Source: an uncultured Candidatus Rokubacteria bacterium (GTDB lineage: Bacteria > Methylomirabilota > Methylomirabilia > Rokubacteriales > CSP1-6). Taken from it: a stretch of 64,000 nucleotides of DNA. The stretch is taken from the NCBI GenBank assembly GCA_963762145.1, contig CAVXJS010000010.1:266996-330995 (forward strand). Reading direction: 5' to 3'. Positions within the stretch are counted from its first letter, which is position 1, and every line of letters starts with the position of its first letter. The position numbers and the translations under genes were made by a program. This document shows, one piece after another, positions 22,557 through 35,168 of this stretch. The notes under the pieces were generated by a model. That model was not told the DNA's origin, searched no databases, and saw nothing but the letters and a program-made list of their open reading frames with translations.

Positions 22557-24908
22557 ATGCAGATCCGGGAGCTGCTCGACGAGCTCTTGACCTCGCTGGA
22601 GACGGGGCCCCTCATCACCGCGGTCCGGCACTTCGACGCCAAGCCCCCGGTGTTCGCCCCGTTCCCGTCGTCCCTGGATCCCAGGATCGTCGAGGCCCTC
22701 AAGGCGCGCGGGGTGCAGCAGCTCTACTCGCACCAGGCCAAGGCATTCGACACGGTGGCCAAGGGCGAGCACCTCGTGGTGGTCACGCCGACCGCGTCCG
22801 GCAAGACGCTCTGCTACAACCTGCCGGTGCTGCAGGCGCTGGTGCAGCAGCCCGAGGCGCGGGTGCTCTATCTGTTCCCCACCAAGGCACTCGCCCAGGA
22901 CCAGCTCGCCGAGCTGATGGAGCTGTCGAAGTCGCTGCCCGACATGCGGATGTTCACCTACGACGGCGACACCCCGCAGGACGCGCGCCGCTCGGTGCGG
23001 GCGCGGGCCAACCTGGTGCTGACCAATCCCGACATGCTGCACTCCGGGATCCTGCCGCACCACACCAAGTGGGTGAACCTCTTCCAGAACCTCAAGTACG
23101 TGGTGATCGACGAGCTGCACGCCTACCGCGGCGTCTTCGGCAGCCACCTGGCCAACGTGCTGCGGCGGCTCAAGCGCATCTGCCGGCACTACGGGGCCAC
23201 GCCGCAGTTCATCATGGCCTCCGCCACCATCGCCAACCCGGGGGATCTGGCCCAGCGGCTCACCGGCGAGACGGTGGTCGAGCTCAACGAGAGCGGCGCG
23301 CCCACCGGCGAGAAGACCTTCATGGTCTACAACCCGCCGGTGGTGAATCCGGAGCTCGGCATCCGCGCGCCCTATCTCGGCGAGGCGTCCAAGCTCGCCA
23401 CCCGCTTCCTGAAGCAGAAGGTCGCCACCATCGTGTTCTGCCAGAGCCGGCTCTCCACCGAGGTGGTGCTGGCCTCGATCAAGAAGGGAGTCGAGGACAA
23501 GACCGGCGATTCCGGCATCGTGCGCGGCTACCGCGGCGGATACCTGCCGCTCCGGCGGCGCGAGGTGGAGCAGGGGCTGCGCTCGGGCGACGTGCTGGGG
23601 GTGGTGTCGACGAGCGCGCTCGAGCTGGGGATCGACATCGGGCACCTCGACGTCGCGGTGCTCGCGGGCTATCCCGGCACCATCGCCTCGATGTGGCAGC
23701 AGGCGGGCCGCGCGGGCCGGCGCACCGGGGAGTCCGCCGCGGTGATGGTGGCCACCAGCTCGCCGATGGACCAGTACCTGGCCGCACATCCCGACTACCT
23801 CTTCGGAGCGTCGCCCGAGCACGCGCGGATCAATCCGGAGAATCCGTTCATCCTGATCAATCACGTCAAGTGCGCGGCCTTCGAGCTGCCGATCGGAGCG
23901 GAGGAGGCCTTCGGCGGCGACGTGTCGGCGCACCTGGCCGCGCTCGAGGACGAGGGCGTGCTCCACCGGGCGGGCGAGCACTTCCACTGGAGCTCGGAGA
24001 CCTACCCGGCCGACCACATCTCGCTCCGCACCGTCACCTCCGATAACTTCCTGGTCATCGACACCACCGCGCGCGACGCGGCTCAGGTGAAGCGTCGGCA
24101 GATCATCGCGGAGGTGGACTGGAAGAGCGCCTTCTCCATGATCTATCCGAAGGCGATCTACATGCTGGAGGGCGACCCTTTCGAGGTGCAGGAGCTCCAC
24201 TATCGCGAGGACGAGGAGAAGGTGGCCTACGTCAAGCGGGTGGCGGTGGACTACTTCACCGACGCGATCAGCGCCAAGGGCGTGTGGATCCTCCAGCGCT
24301 TGAGCCGGCAGGAGACCCCCGGTCTGCTCGCGGAGCAGGGCGAGGTGCTGGTGGCGGAGAAGGTCGTCGGGTTCAAGAAGATCAAGATGGGCACGCTGGA
24401 GAACGTGGGCTCGGGCGAGGTCGAGCTGCCGCAGCAGGAGATGCAGACCACCAGCGTGTGGCTCACGCTGCATCCCGGGCTGCTCGCCGAGATCTCTCCG
24501 CGGCGCGACGACCTGGTGGACGGGCTCCGCGCCCTGACCCATCTCCTCCACAGCCTGGCCCCGATCTTCCTGCTGTGCGACATCCGCGACGTGGGGGCGT
24601 GGCTCGGGGACGGCTCGCCGTCCCAGGCCGGGCAGGTGGTGACGCGCGAGACGATGCGGGCCCAGCTCCTCCAGGGCGAGACCTTCACACCGACGATCTA
24701 CCTCTACGACAACCAGCCCGGCGGCATCGGCCTCGCGGAGCGCATCTTCGAGGTGCTGCCGGATCTGCTCGCGCGCGGGCTCGAGACGCTCGGGGCCTGC
24801 GGCTGCCGGAGCGGCTGTCCCTCGTGCGTGGGGCCCGTGAACGAGGTCGGACGCCAGGCCAAGCCGATCGCGCTCGCGATCCTCAAGCGCCTCGTGGCCC
24901 GGCGCTGA
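22557..24908 (+). CDS. DEAD/DEAH helicase with DUF1998 zinc domain (MrfA/YprA family)
   Basis: TPTASGKT, DELH, SATIANP, QQAGRAGR, YDNQPGGIG, CGCRSGCPSC. Confidence 0.93.
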   Translation: MQIRELLDELLTSLETGPLITAVRHFDAKPPVFAPFPSSLDPRIVEALKARGVQQLYSHQAKAFDTVAKGEHLVVVTPTASGKTLCYNLPVLQALVQQPEARVLYLFPTKALAQDQLAELMELSKSLPDMRMFTYDGDTPQDARRSVRARANLVLTNPDMLHSGILPHHTKWVNLFQNLKYVVIDELHAYRGVFGSHLANVLRRLKRICRHYGATPQFIMASATIANPGDLAQRLTGETVVELNESGAPTGEKTFMVYNPPVVNPELGIRAPYLGEASKLATRFLKQKVATIVFCQSRLSTEVVLASIKKGVEDKTGDSGIVRGYRGGYLPLRRREVEQGLRSGDVLGVVSTSALELGIDIGHLDVAVLAGYPGTIASMWQQAGRAGRRTGESAAVMVATSSPMDQYLAAHPDYLFGASPEHARINPENPFILINHVKCAAFELPIGAEEAFGGDVSAHLAALEDEGVLHRAGEHFHWSSETYPADHISLRTVTSDNFLVIDTTARDAAQVKRRQIIAEVDWKSAFSMIYPKAIYMLEGDPFEVQELHYREDEEKVAYVKRVAVDYFTDAISAKGVWILQRLSRQETPGLLAEQGEVLVAEKVVGFKKIKMGTLENVGSGEVELPQQEMQTTSVWLTLHPGLLAEISPRRDDLVDGLRALTHLLHSLAPIFLLCDIRDVGAWLGDGSPSQAGQVVTRETMRAQLLQGETFTPTIYLYDNQPGGIGLAERIFEVLPDLLARGLETLGACGCRSGCPSCVGPVNEVGRQAKPIALAILKRLVARR

Positions 24909-24921
24909 CCCGACCGCTCCC

Positions 24922-26230
24922 GTGGCGCGTGATCTCACCGAGCTGACCCGCATCATCCGCCGTATCGAGGCGAAGAGCCGCGAGCGCCCGGCCGCGGGCT
25001 CTCCTCGATCGCTCGAGACGCTCCTCGACGGCGCCGTCGAGGAGAACGAGCGGGGCAAGCTCCTGGTGGTCCGCCGCCGGTTCCCGGTGGGCCACCGGCA
25101 CGGCGCACAGCCGCTGCTGGCCGCGCGCGACGCCACGCCGGCCGCGCTGGCCTTGCTGAGCCGCGGCGGCGAGACGGTCACCGACGGGCGCCGCCTGCTC
25201 TACCTCGACACCGAGACCACCGGGCTCGCGGGCGGCACCGGCACCTACGCGTTCCTGGTCGGCGTCGGCTTCTTCGACGGCGACGAGTTCGAGGTGCGCC
25301 AGTTCTTCATGCGCGATCTCGACGAGGAGCCCGCGCTGCTCACCATGCTCGAGGAGACGTTCCGGAAGTTCGACGGCTTCGTCACGTACAACGGGGCCGG
25401 CTTCGACCTGCCGCTGCTCGAGACGCGCTTCGTGCTCGGCCGGCGACGGTTTCCCGGCGAGGTCTTCCACGTGGACCTGCTCGGCCCCGCCCGGCGGCTC
25501 TGGAGCGCGCGACTGGTCGACTGCCGCCTCGGAACCGTCGAGCAGGACGTGCTGGGCTTTCTCAGGGACGACGACCTGCCGGGCGCGTTGATCCCCACGG
25601 TGTACTTCGAATACCTGCGCCGGAAGCGGCCCGACGAGCTGCCGCGCGTGTTCGAGCACAACCGGCACGACATCCTCTCGCTCGTCGCCCTCACCGGCTG
25701 GGTCGCGGACGCGGTGGCGCGCGCGCCGCATCCCGAGCTCGATCCGGAAGCGCTCGCCGGTCTCGGCCGGATGCTCGAGGTCGCGGACCCGGAGCGGAGC
25801 CAGGCCTGCTATCGGCTGTCGCTCGACAGCGGACTGCCGACGCCCTCGCGCGAGCGCCTGCTGCTCCGGCTCGCGCACCGCGAGAAGCGCCTGGCGCGCT
25901 GGGACGAGGCGCGCGCGCTCTGGGAGGCGGCGGCCCGCGCGCCGCGCGAGTTCGACCCGCGGCCCTGGGAGGAGATCGCCAAGGTCCACGAGCACCGCCG
26001 GCGTGATCTCGCGGCCGCCGTCGAGGTGGTGGAGCAGGCCCTCGCGCTCGCCCGGCGGCACCGGGCCTCCGCGCGGGTGCTCGCCGCGTTCGAGCACCGG
26101 CTGGATCGGCTGGGCCGCCGCATCCAGATGGGTGCCCGAGTAGCTTTTGTTCGAGCGCCGGCTTTGCCGGCGCAACCCGTTTCGGGGGAGGTTCGGAGGG
26201 GGCCGTCGAGGCCCCCTCCGAGCAGATCTT
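24922..26230 (+). CDS. RNase H-like (DEDD) exonuclease with TPR-like C-terminus (MrfB/YprB family); true stop unclear
   Basis: LYLDTETTGL, TYNGAGFDLP, HNRHDILSL; directly after the DUF1998 helicase; ORF reads on to 26463. Confidence 0.88.
26128..26221. repeat. Double-hairpin REP-like element
   Basis: GCGCCGGC-TTT-GCCGGCGC and TCGGAGGGGGCC-GTCGA-GGCCCCCTCCGA between convergent genes. Confidence 0.7.
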
Positions 26231-26867
26231 ACCGACGCTCGGCAGCCAGCCTGATCCCGAGGGCGATCAGCACCGCCCCGCTCGCACCCTCGAGCCGGGC
26301 GCGCCAGAGCCGGCTCTCCACCAGCGGGCGGATGCGTACGAGCGAGAGCGAGAGCAGCGAGAGCCACACGACGCCGATGCCGATGTGCAGCCCGGCCAGC
26401 AGCAGCGACCGCGCGAGCACCGGGTCATCCGGGCGGATGAACTGGGGCAGGAAGGCCAGATAGAAGAGCCCCACCTTCGGGTTCAGCACGTTGGTGAGCA
26501 ACCCTTCCAGGAAGGACCGGAGCCGTCGGGACCCGGTCGGCACGGGATCCGCCGCCGCGGCCTTCGGCGCCGCGGCGTCCACCCGCCACCAGCCCCGGAT
26601 CGACTGGACGCCCAGGATGATGAGATAGGCCGCGCCGCCCCACTTGAGCGCCTGGAATGCCTCCGCCGAGCGCACCAGGATGAGCGAGACGCCGACCGCG
26701 GAGAGCCCGGCATGGACGACGCAGCCGGCGGCGATGCCCGCGATGGTCGCGAGCCCGGCGGTCCGGCCCCGCCCGAGAACATTGCGGGCCACCAGCAGGG
26801 TGTCCGCCCCCGGGGTCACCGCGAGCAGGGTCGCCACCAGCAGGAAGGCCCAGAGCTGCGGGTCCAT
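26229..26867 (-). CDS. LysE/RhtB family exporter
   Basis: TPGADTLLV, LKWGGAAYL, NVLNPKVGLFYLAFLPQF. Confidence 0.93.
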   Translation of the reverse strand: MDPQLWAFLLVATLLAVTPGADTLLVARNVLGRGRTAGLATIAGIAAGCVVHAGLSAVGVSLILVRSAEAFQALKWGGAAYLIILGVQSIRGWWRVDAAAPKAAAADPVPTGSRRLRSFLEGLLTNVLNPKVGLFYLAFLPQFIRPDDPVLARSLLLAGLHIGIGVVWLSLLSLSLVRIRPLVESRLWRARLEGASGAVLIALGIRLAAERR

Positions 26868-26917
26868 GGCCGCATTCTAGCCGGTGCGCCCGGGGAGGCC
26901 CACCCGACCCTTTAGGT

Positions 26918-26953
26918 TTGACACACTTTGATGATTAGGGTAGCCTCACCTTC
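26918..26953 (+). promoter_or_regulatory. sigma70 promoter overlapped by a DtxR/IdeR-like iron box
   Basis: TTGACA-N17-TAGCCT; TTAGGGTAGCCTCACCTTC (26935-26953) matches TTAGGTTAGCCTAACCTAA at 15/19. Confidence 0.7.
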
Positions 26954-26989
26954 CGCTTCACCCACCACGGCAGGCGAGGGGAGACGACC

Positions 26990-28012
26990 ATGGCGGCACG
27001 AGGGACGAGACGAGGCGGGGCCCGGATCCTGGCGGTGGCGCTCGGACTGGCCGCCGGGAGCGTGGCCTCCGCGGGCGAGAGCGCGGAGGTGATGGTCTAC
27101 TCGGCGCGCGCCCACTACGGGCAGGAGCCGGCGATGGAAGCCTTCACCAAGAAGACCGGCATCGTGGTCAAGAGCTTCGGCGGCGAGTCCGGTCCGCTCT
27201 TCGAGCGCCTGAAGGCGGAGGGCGACAAGACGCCGGCCGACGTACTGATCAGCGTGGACGCGGGCAACCTCTGGAACGCGGCGCGCGCGGGGCTGCTCGG
27301 CAAGGTCGACTCGCCCGAGATCCAGGCCAATATCCCGGCCCACCTGCGCGATCCCGAGAGCCGGTGGGTCGGGCTCACGGTGCGCGCCCGCACCATCATG
27401 TACAACACCACCAAGGTCAAGCCGGAGGAGCTCTCCACCTACGAGGCGCTCGGCGACCCCAAGTGGAAGGGCCGGCTCTGCCTGCGGAGCTCGACCCACA
27501 TCTACAACCAGTCGCTGCTCGCCACCATGATCAAGCGCTACGGCGAGCCGAAGACCGAGAGCATCGTGAAGGGCTGGGTCGCGAACAATCCCACCCTCAT
27601 CCAGGGCGACACCAAGGTCCTGGAGGCGGTCGCGGCCGGGCAGTGCGACGTGGCCCTGACCAACACCTACTACCTCGGGCGCATCCTCGCCAAGGACGCG
27701 ACGTTCCCGGTGGCGGCCTTCTGGGCCAACCAGCAGACGACCGGGACGCACGTGAACATCTCGGGCGCGGGTGTCACCACCCACGCGAAGAACCGGGCCG
27801 AGGCGATCAAGCTGATCGAGTTCCTCACCAGCCCCGAAGCCCAGCAGATGTTCGCCGACGCCAACTTCGAGTATCCGGCGAATCCGCAGGCGGGCGTGAA
27901 TCCGGTCATCGCCAAGTGGGGCAAGTTCAAGCAGGACGACACCAACGTCGCGGCGGCCGGCGAGTTCCAGGCGGCCGCGACCAAGCTGGCGGATCGGGCC
28001 GGCTACAAGTAA
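26990..28012 (+). CDS. Fe3+ ABC substrate-binding protein (FutA/FbpA-like)
   Basis: VYSARAHY, RLKAEGDKTPADV, NTYY, GTHVNISGAG, NFEYP. Confidence 0.92.
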   Translation: MAARGTRRGGARILAVALGLAAGSVASAGESAEVMVYSARAHYGQEPAMEAFTKKTGIVVKSFGGESGPLFERLKAEGDKTPADVLISVDAGNLWNAARAGLLGKVDSPEIQANIPAHLRDPESRWVGLTVRARTIMYNTTKVKPEELSTYEALGDPKWKGRLCLRSSTHIYNQSLLATMIKRYGEPKTESIVKGWVANNPTLIQGDTKVLEAVAAGQCDVALTNTYYLGRILAKDATFPVAAFWANQQTTGTHVNISGAGVTTHAKNRAEAIKLIEFLTSPEAQQMFADANFEYPANPQAGVNPVIAKWGKFKQDDTNVAAAGEFQAAATKLADRAGYK

Positions 28013-28019
28013 GTCCGCG

Positions 28020-29675
28020 GTGTCGGTAGGGTCCGCCGTCCGCGCGCTCGCGCGGCGGCCGGTGGGGCCGTTCCTCTGGACCTGGCTCGCGGTGGGCATC
28101 GCGACGGTGCTCGCGGTGCCCATCGCGGCCGTCGTCTCCTCCCTCGCGGCTCCCGCGGGCGACGTGTGGCTGCACCTCTGGCGCACCCAGCTCCTCGAGC
28201 TCGTGAGCCAGACCCTCCTGCTGCTGGTCTCGGTCGGCGTCGGGACGCTGGTGGTCGGGGGCGGGCTCGCCTGGCTCGTGGTGCACCACCGCTTCCCCGG
28301 GCGCGGCGTGCTCGAATGGGCGCTGATCCTGCCCCTGGCCGTACCGGCCTACGTGATCGGCTTCGCGTTCATCGGCCTCTTCGAGTACGCGGGGCCGCTG
28401 CAGAGCGGGCTGCGCGGCTGGCTCGGCCCCGGCGTGCGGCTGCCCGAGATCCGCTCCTACGGGGGCGTCGTGGTCATGATGACGCTGGTCTTCTATCCCT
28501 ACGTGTACCTGCTGGCCCGCGTGGCGTTCCGCGAGCAGGGCGCCGCCTCCGTGGAAACGGCCCGGATGCTGGGCCGCTCCCGGACCGGCGCGTTCCTGCG
28601 CGTCACGGTGCCGATCGCGCGCCCGGCGCTGGTGGCCGGCGTGGCCCTCGCGATGATGGAGGCGCTCGCCGACTTCGGCACCGTGGCCAGCTTCGGCTAC
28701 CGCACGCTCACCGAGGCGATCTACCGCGTCTGGTACGGGATGTTCGATCGAATCGCGGCGACCCAGCTCGCCAGCGTGCTGCTCCTCTTCGCGGCGGGCC
28801 TGCTCCTGCTCGAGCGCCATTCGCGCGGTCGCGCCCGCTTCACCCAGAGCGGCCGGCGCGGGCCGGTGGTGGAGCCGGTGCCCCTCGGCGGGTGGCGGGC
28901 CGTCGCCGCGACCGGCGCGTGCGTGGGCGTGCTCACGCTCGCGTTCCTGCTCCCGGTGGGCCAGCTCGCGTGGTGGGCGCTCGGCGCGATCCGGGCGAGG
29001 CAGGTGGCGCCCGACTTCGGCCCGCTGCTCTGGCACACCTGCGCGCTCGCCGGCGCGGCCGCGGCGGTGGCGTCCCTGCTCGCGGTGCTGCTGGCCTACG
29101 CGGGGCGGCTGCACGGCACCGCCACGGTGCGCGTGGCGGCCCAGCTCGCCTCGATGGGGTACGCGCTGCCGGGCGCGGTGATCGCGGTGGGGGTGCTGCT
29201 CCCGCTCGCCTGGGCCGATCACGCCCTGGTGCCCTCGCTCGAGCGCGCGCTCGGCCGGCCGCTCGGGCTGCTGCTCACCGGCTCCGCGGCGGGCCTCATC
29301 CTCGCCTACGTGGTGCGCTTCCTCGCGGTGGGCCTGCAGACGGTGGACGCGAGCCTCGGCAAGATCCCGTCGAGCCTCGACGACGCGGCGCGGGTCCTCG
29401 GCGCCGGGGCGGGGTCGGCGCTCCGTCGCGTGCACCTGCCGCTCATCCGGGGGGGCCTGCTCACCGCGATCGTGCTCGTCTTCGTCGAGACCATGAAGGA
29501 GATGCCGGCCACCCTGCTGCTGCGTCCGTTCGGGCTCAACACCCTTGCCGTGGAGATCTGGGAGCGGACCGCGGAGTCGCAGTGGCAGGAGGCGGCCGTG
29601 CCCGCGCTGACCCTGGTGGCGGTCGGGCTGCTTCCGGTGGTGCTGCTGATCCGCCTGACGTCGTCGCGGCGGTAG
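28020..29675 (+). CDS. Fe3+ ABC permease (FbpB-like)
   Basis: LPLAVPAYV, YPYVYLLAR, MEALADFG, MKEMPATLLLRPF. Confidence 0.93.
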   Translation: MSVGSAVRALARRPVGPFLWTWLAVGIATVLAVPIAAVVSSLAAPAGDVWLHLWRTQLLELVSQTLLLLVSVGVGTLVVGGGLAWLVVHHRFPGRGVLEWALILPLAVPAYVIGFAFIGLFEYAGPLQSGLRGWLGPGVRLPEIRSYGGVVVMMTLVFYPYVYLLARVAFREQGAASVETARMLGRSRTGAFLRVTVPIARPALVAGVALAMMEALADFGTVASFGYRTLTEAIYRVWYGMFDRIAATQLASVLLLFAAGLLLLERHSRGRARFTQSGRRGPVVEPVPLGGWRAVAATGACVGVLTLAFLLPVGQLAWWALGAIRARQVAPDFGPLLWHTCALAGAAAAVASLLAVLLAYAGRLHGTATVRVAAQLASMGYALPGAVIAVGVLLPLAWADHALVPSLERALGRPLGLLLTGSAAGLILAYVVRFLAVGLQTVDASLGKIPSSLDDAARVLGAGAGSALRRVHLPLIRGGLLTAIVLVFVETMKEMPATLLLRPFGLNTLAVEIWERTAESQWQEAAVPALTLVAVGLLPVVLLIRLTSSRR

Positions 29676-29685
29676 CCCGCGACCG

Positions 29686-29721
29686 CCCCTCACCCTGCCC
29701 TCTCCCCTGAGGGGAGAGGGA
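29686..29721. repeat. REP-like hairpin, same family as the copy in mutS2
   Basis: CCCCTCACCCTGCCCTCTCCCC-TGA-GGGGAGAGGG. Confidence 0.75.
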
Positions 29722-29734
29722 CATGAGGTGGGGA

Positions 29735-30763
<1,029 letters not shown>

Positions 30764-30765
30764 GG

Positions 30766-31761
30766 CTAGGCGCGCTTCAGGGCCTCGGGATTCACCGGGG
30801 ACGGCGGCGTCTTGCCCTCCAGGACCGCCAGGCAGTTCTCCACCGCGAGCGTGGCCATCTGAAGCCGCGTCTCGTGCGAGGCGCTCGCGATGTGGGGCGC
30901 CAGCACGACGTTGGACAGGTCGATCAGCCCCGGGTGCACCGTCGGCTCCTCCTCGAACACGTCGAGGCCCGCGCCCGCGATCCGGCCCTCGGTGAGGGCG
31001 GCCACCAGCGCCGCCTCGTCCACCACCGGGCCGCGCGCCGCGTTGATCAGGTACGCGGTCTTCTTCATGGTCCGCAGGGACTCGGCGTTGATCAGGTGGC
31101 GCGTCTCGGGGATGAGCGGGGTGTGCAGGGTCACGAAGTCGGACTCCCGCAGCAGGGTGGCCAGGTCGACGCGGGTGGCGTTGAGCTGGCGCTCGGTGGC
31201 GGGGTCCGCGGCCACCGCGTCCTGGTAGAGCACGCGCATGCCGAAGCCCAGGGCGCGCCGGGCCATGGCCCGCCCGATGCGGCCGAAGCCGACCACGCCG
31301 AGCGTCTTGCCGTGGACGTCGCCGCCCTGCAGCAGCATGTACTCCCACTGGCGGAAACGGCCCTCGCGCGTGTAGCGATCGGCCTCCACCAGGCGTCGGG
31401 CCGTCGCCATGAGCAGGGTCCAGGCGAAGTCGGCGGTGGTATCGGTCAGGACGTCGGGGGTGTTGGTGACCACGACGCCGCGCCGGGTGCAGGCCGCCAC
31501 GTCCACGTTGTTGTAGCCCACCGCGACGTTGGAGACCACGCGGAGGCCCGGCCGCGCCGCGAGCAGCGCCTCGTCGATGACCTCGCTGATCACGCAGATC
31601 AGGCCCTGCTTGCCGGCCAGGCGCTCGAGCAGCTCCGCCCGAGGCATGGGCGCGTCCTTGGCGTACGCGTCCACCTCCGCGCGGCTCCGGGCGAACTGGA
31701 CCGCTGGCTCGGGGAGCTGACGCGAGATCAAGACCGCGGGTCTACCGGCGCCAGTGGCCAT
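30766..31761 (-). CDS. D-2-hydroxyacid dehydrogenase (glyoxylate reductase-like)
   Basis: AVGYNNVD, GFGRIG, INAARG, DVFEEEP, PHIAS. Confidence 0.93.
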   Translation of the reverse strand: MATGAGRPAVLISRQLPEPAVQFARSRAEVDAYAKDAPMPRAELLERLAGKQGLICVISEVIDEALLAARPGLRVVSNVAVGYNNVDVAACTRRGVVVTNTPDVLTDTTADFAWTLLMATARRLVEADRYTREGRFRQWEYMLLQGGDVHGKTLGVVGFGRIGRAMARRALGFGMRVLYQDAVAADPATERQLNATRVDLATLLRESDFVTLHTPLIPETRHLINAESLRTMKKTAYLINAARGPVVDEAALVAALTEGRIAGAGLDVFEEEPTVHPGLIDLSNVVLAPHIASASHETRLQMATLAVENCLAVLEGKTPPSPVNPEALKRA

Positions 31762-31805
31762 GGATTTACCTTTCCAAGGTGCTTATTTTCAAGGCTATTT
31801 TGAAA

Positions 31806-31858
31806 TTGACATCGTCGGAAGCGCTGCTATATTAGCACTCGGCTTGGTTGAGTGCTAA
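31806..31858 (+). promoter_or_regulatory. groESL promoter and CIRCE (HrcA operator)
   Basis: Perfect TTAGCACTC-N9-GAGTGCTAA at 31832-31858; TTGACA at 31806 and TATATT at 31828. Confidence 0.97.
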
Positions 31859-31917
31859 GCTCTGCAGCGGGACAACCCGCAAGGCCCAACATCTTACTAT
31901 CTGGAGGCGCGTTGACT

Positions 31918-32205
31918 ATGAAGATTCGTCCGTTGCATGACCGAATTCTCGTGAAGCGGGAGGAGGAGAAAGAGGTCAAGAAGGGCGGGATCATCATCCC
32001 GGACACCGCGAAGGAAAAGCCCCAGGAGGGGAAGGTCGTCGCGGTGGGGGGCGGGAAGGTGAACGAGGACGGCAAGAAGATCCCCCTCGACGTGAAGGCC
32101 GGCGACAAGATCCTCTTCGGCAAGTACTCGGGCTCCGAGGTGAAGCTGGACGACGAGGAGTACCTGATCCTGCGCGAGGAGGACGTGCTCGCCATCATCG
32201 AATAG
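31918..32205 (+). CDS. groES: Co-chaperonin GroES
   Basis: [25 protein letters not shown]. Confidence 0.98.
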   Translation: MKIRPLHDRILVKREEEKEVKKGGIIIPDTAKEKPQEGKVVAVGGGKVNEDGKKIPLDVKAGDKILFGKYSGSEVKLDDEEYLILREEDVLAIIE

Positions 32206-32327
32206 CCCCCGGAAGGGGAATAGCTCTCCGGAAGAGCGGCGAGGGGATCGAAGCGCGCAACCCAAACGAACCCGGTCGGGCCCGGTAGCGGGCGCGGCCA
32301 ATTCCATCGAATCGGAGGAGACTCAGC

Positions 32328-33947
<1,620 letters not shown>

Positions 33948-33978
33948 GCCCGGCGAGCACCGCCGGATCCGCGGAGCG

Positions 33979-34017
33979 CGGCCCTTGCCGGCGACGGCAA
34001 GGGCCGTACTCTTTCTT
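33979..34017 (+). terminator. Intrinsic terminator after groEL
   Basis: CGGCCCTTGCCG-GCGA-CGGCAAGGGCCG followed by TACTCTTTCTT. Confidence 0.75.
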
Positions 34018-34112
34018 GCACTCTTGACCGAGGTTGTCTTTCGCGGCAGCCTCTGGTAACGTTAAGCGCTTCAAATAGCGAGACTTAGCGAAATTGGCGA
34101 GGAGGTGAGTGC

Positions 34113-34457
34113 TTGTACCCGTACGAGACCCTAATGATCCTGGATCCCAGGCTGAACGAGGAAGAAGTCGCCGCGCTCCTCACGAAGGTGCAGGACACGC
34201 TCAAGACGCTCGGCGGTGAGATCGGCAAGGCGGAGAGCTGGGGCAAGCGACGGCTGGCCTACGACATGCGCAAGCAGCGCGAGGGCACCTACGCGGTCCT
34301 CGAGTCCAAGGCGGAGCCCGCGACCATCAAGGAGTTCGAGCGCCAGCTGAAGCTCAACGAGCAGGTCCTCCGGTATTTCACGACCCGCGTCCCGGCCCCC
34401 AAGCGGGTCCGGACGGCGCCGAAGCCGCCGGCTCCGGCAGTGGAGGAGGTCGTCTGA
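34113..34457 (+). CDS. rpsF: 30S ribosomal protein bS6 (TTG start)
   Basis: YETLMILDP, WGKRRLAY; strong GGAGGTG RBS. Confidence 0.96.
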   Translation: MYPYETLMILDPRLNEEEVAALLTKVQDTLKTLGGEIGKAESWGKRRLAYDMRKQREGTYAVLESKAEPATIKEFERQLKLNEQVLRYFTTRVPAPKRVRTAPKPPAPAVEEVV

Positions 34458-34873
34458 TGGCGAACCTGAACCGAGTGTTCCTGATCGGCAATCTGACGCG
34501 GACTCCGGAGCTGCGATACACGCCGAGCGGCACCGCGGTGGCCGACCTCCGGCTGGCCGTCAACCGGAACTACACCACCCAGGGTGGGGAGAAGCGCGAA
34601 GAGACCTGCTTCCTCACGGTGGTCGTGTGGGGCAAGCAGGCCGAGAGCTGCGGCGAGTACCTCGACAAGGGCAGCCCGATCATGGTCGAGGGGCGGCTGC
34701 AGACTCGCGACTGGGAAACCAAGGACGGTCAGAAGCGCAGCGTCGTCGAGGTCGTGGCGGAGCGGGTCCAGTTCATGGGACGTAGCAAGTCCGCCGCGGC
34801 CGCCGCACCGGGAAGCGTGCCCGAGCCGGTCGAGGCGGGCGCCGGCGAGGCCGACGACGAGGTACCGTTCTAG
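34457..34873 (+). CDS. ssb: Single-stranded DNA-binding protein
   Basis: NRVFLIGNLTR..ELRYTPSG; acidic DDEVPF tail. Confidence 0.97.
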   Translation: MANLNRVFLIGNLTRTPELRYTPSGTAVADLRLAVNRNYTTQGGEKREETCFLTVVVWGKQAESCGEYLDKGSPIMVEGRLQTRDWETKDGQKRSVVEVVAERVQFMGRSKSAAAAAPGSVPEPVEAGAGEADDEVPF

Positions 34874-34918
34874 CTAGCCCGTTCAGATTAGGTCCCGTTC
34901 CAAGAGGAGGAACAAGCC

Positions 34919-35164
34919 ATTCCGCCAGGTGGAAAGCCCGTCAAGCGGCGCCGGTTCGGTCGCCGCAAGGTTTGCAAGTTCTGCGTCGACCGGGTCAGCC
35001 TCGTCGACTACAAGGATATTCGCCGGCTCCGCAACTTCGTCTCGGAGCGCGGCAAGATCACCCCGCGCCGCATCTCGGGGAGCTGCGCCCGCCATCAGCG
35101 GCAGCTCACCCGCGCCGTCCGTCGCGCGCGGACGGTGGCCCTGCTCGCCCAGACCGCCGAGTGA
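34919..35164 (+). CDS. rpsR: 30S ribosomal protein bS18, zinc-binding type; apparent ATT start (absent from the ORF track)
   Basis: Manual translation: [51 protein letters not shown]. Confidence 0.95.
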   Translation: MPPGGKPVKRRRFGRRKVCKFCVDRVSLVDYKDIRRLRNFVSERGKITPRRISGSCARHQRQLTRAVRRARTVALLAQTAE

Positions 35165-35168
35165 CGCC

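Noticed and set aside
34010-34112. S6:S18 autoregulatory leader RNA before rpsF
   Set aside because: Expected by position, but I could not confidently fit the consensus structure by eye; needs an Infernal search
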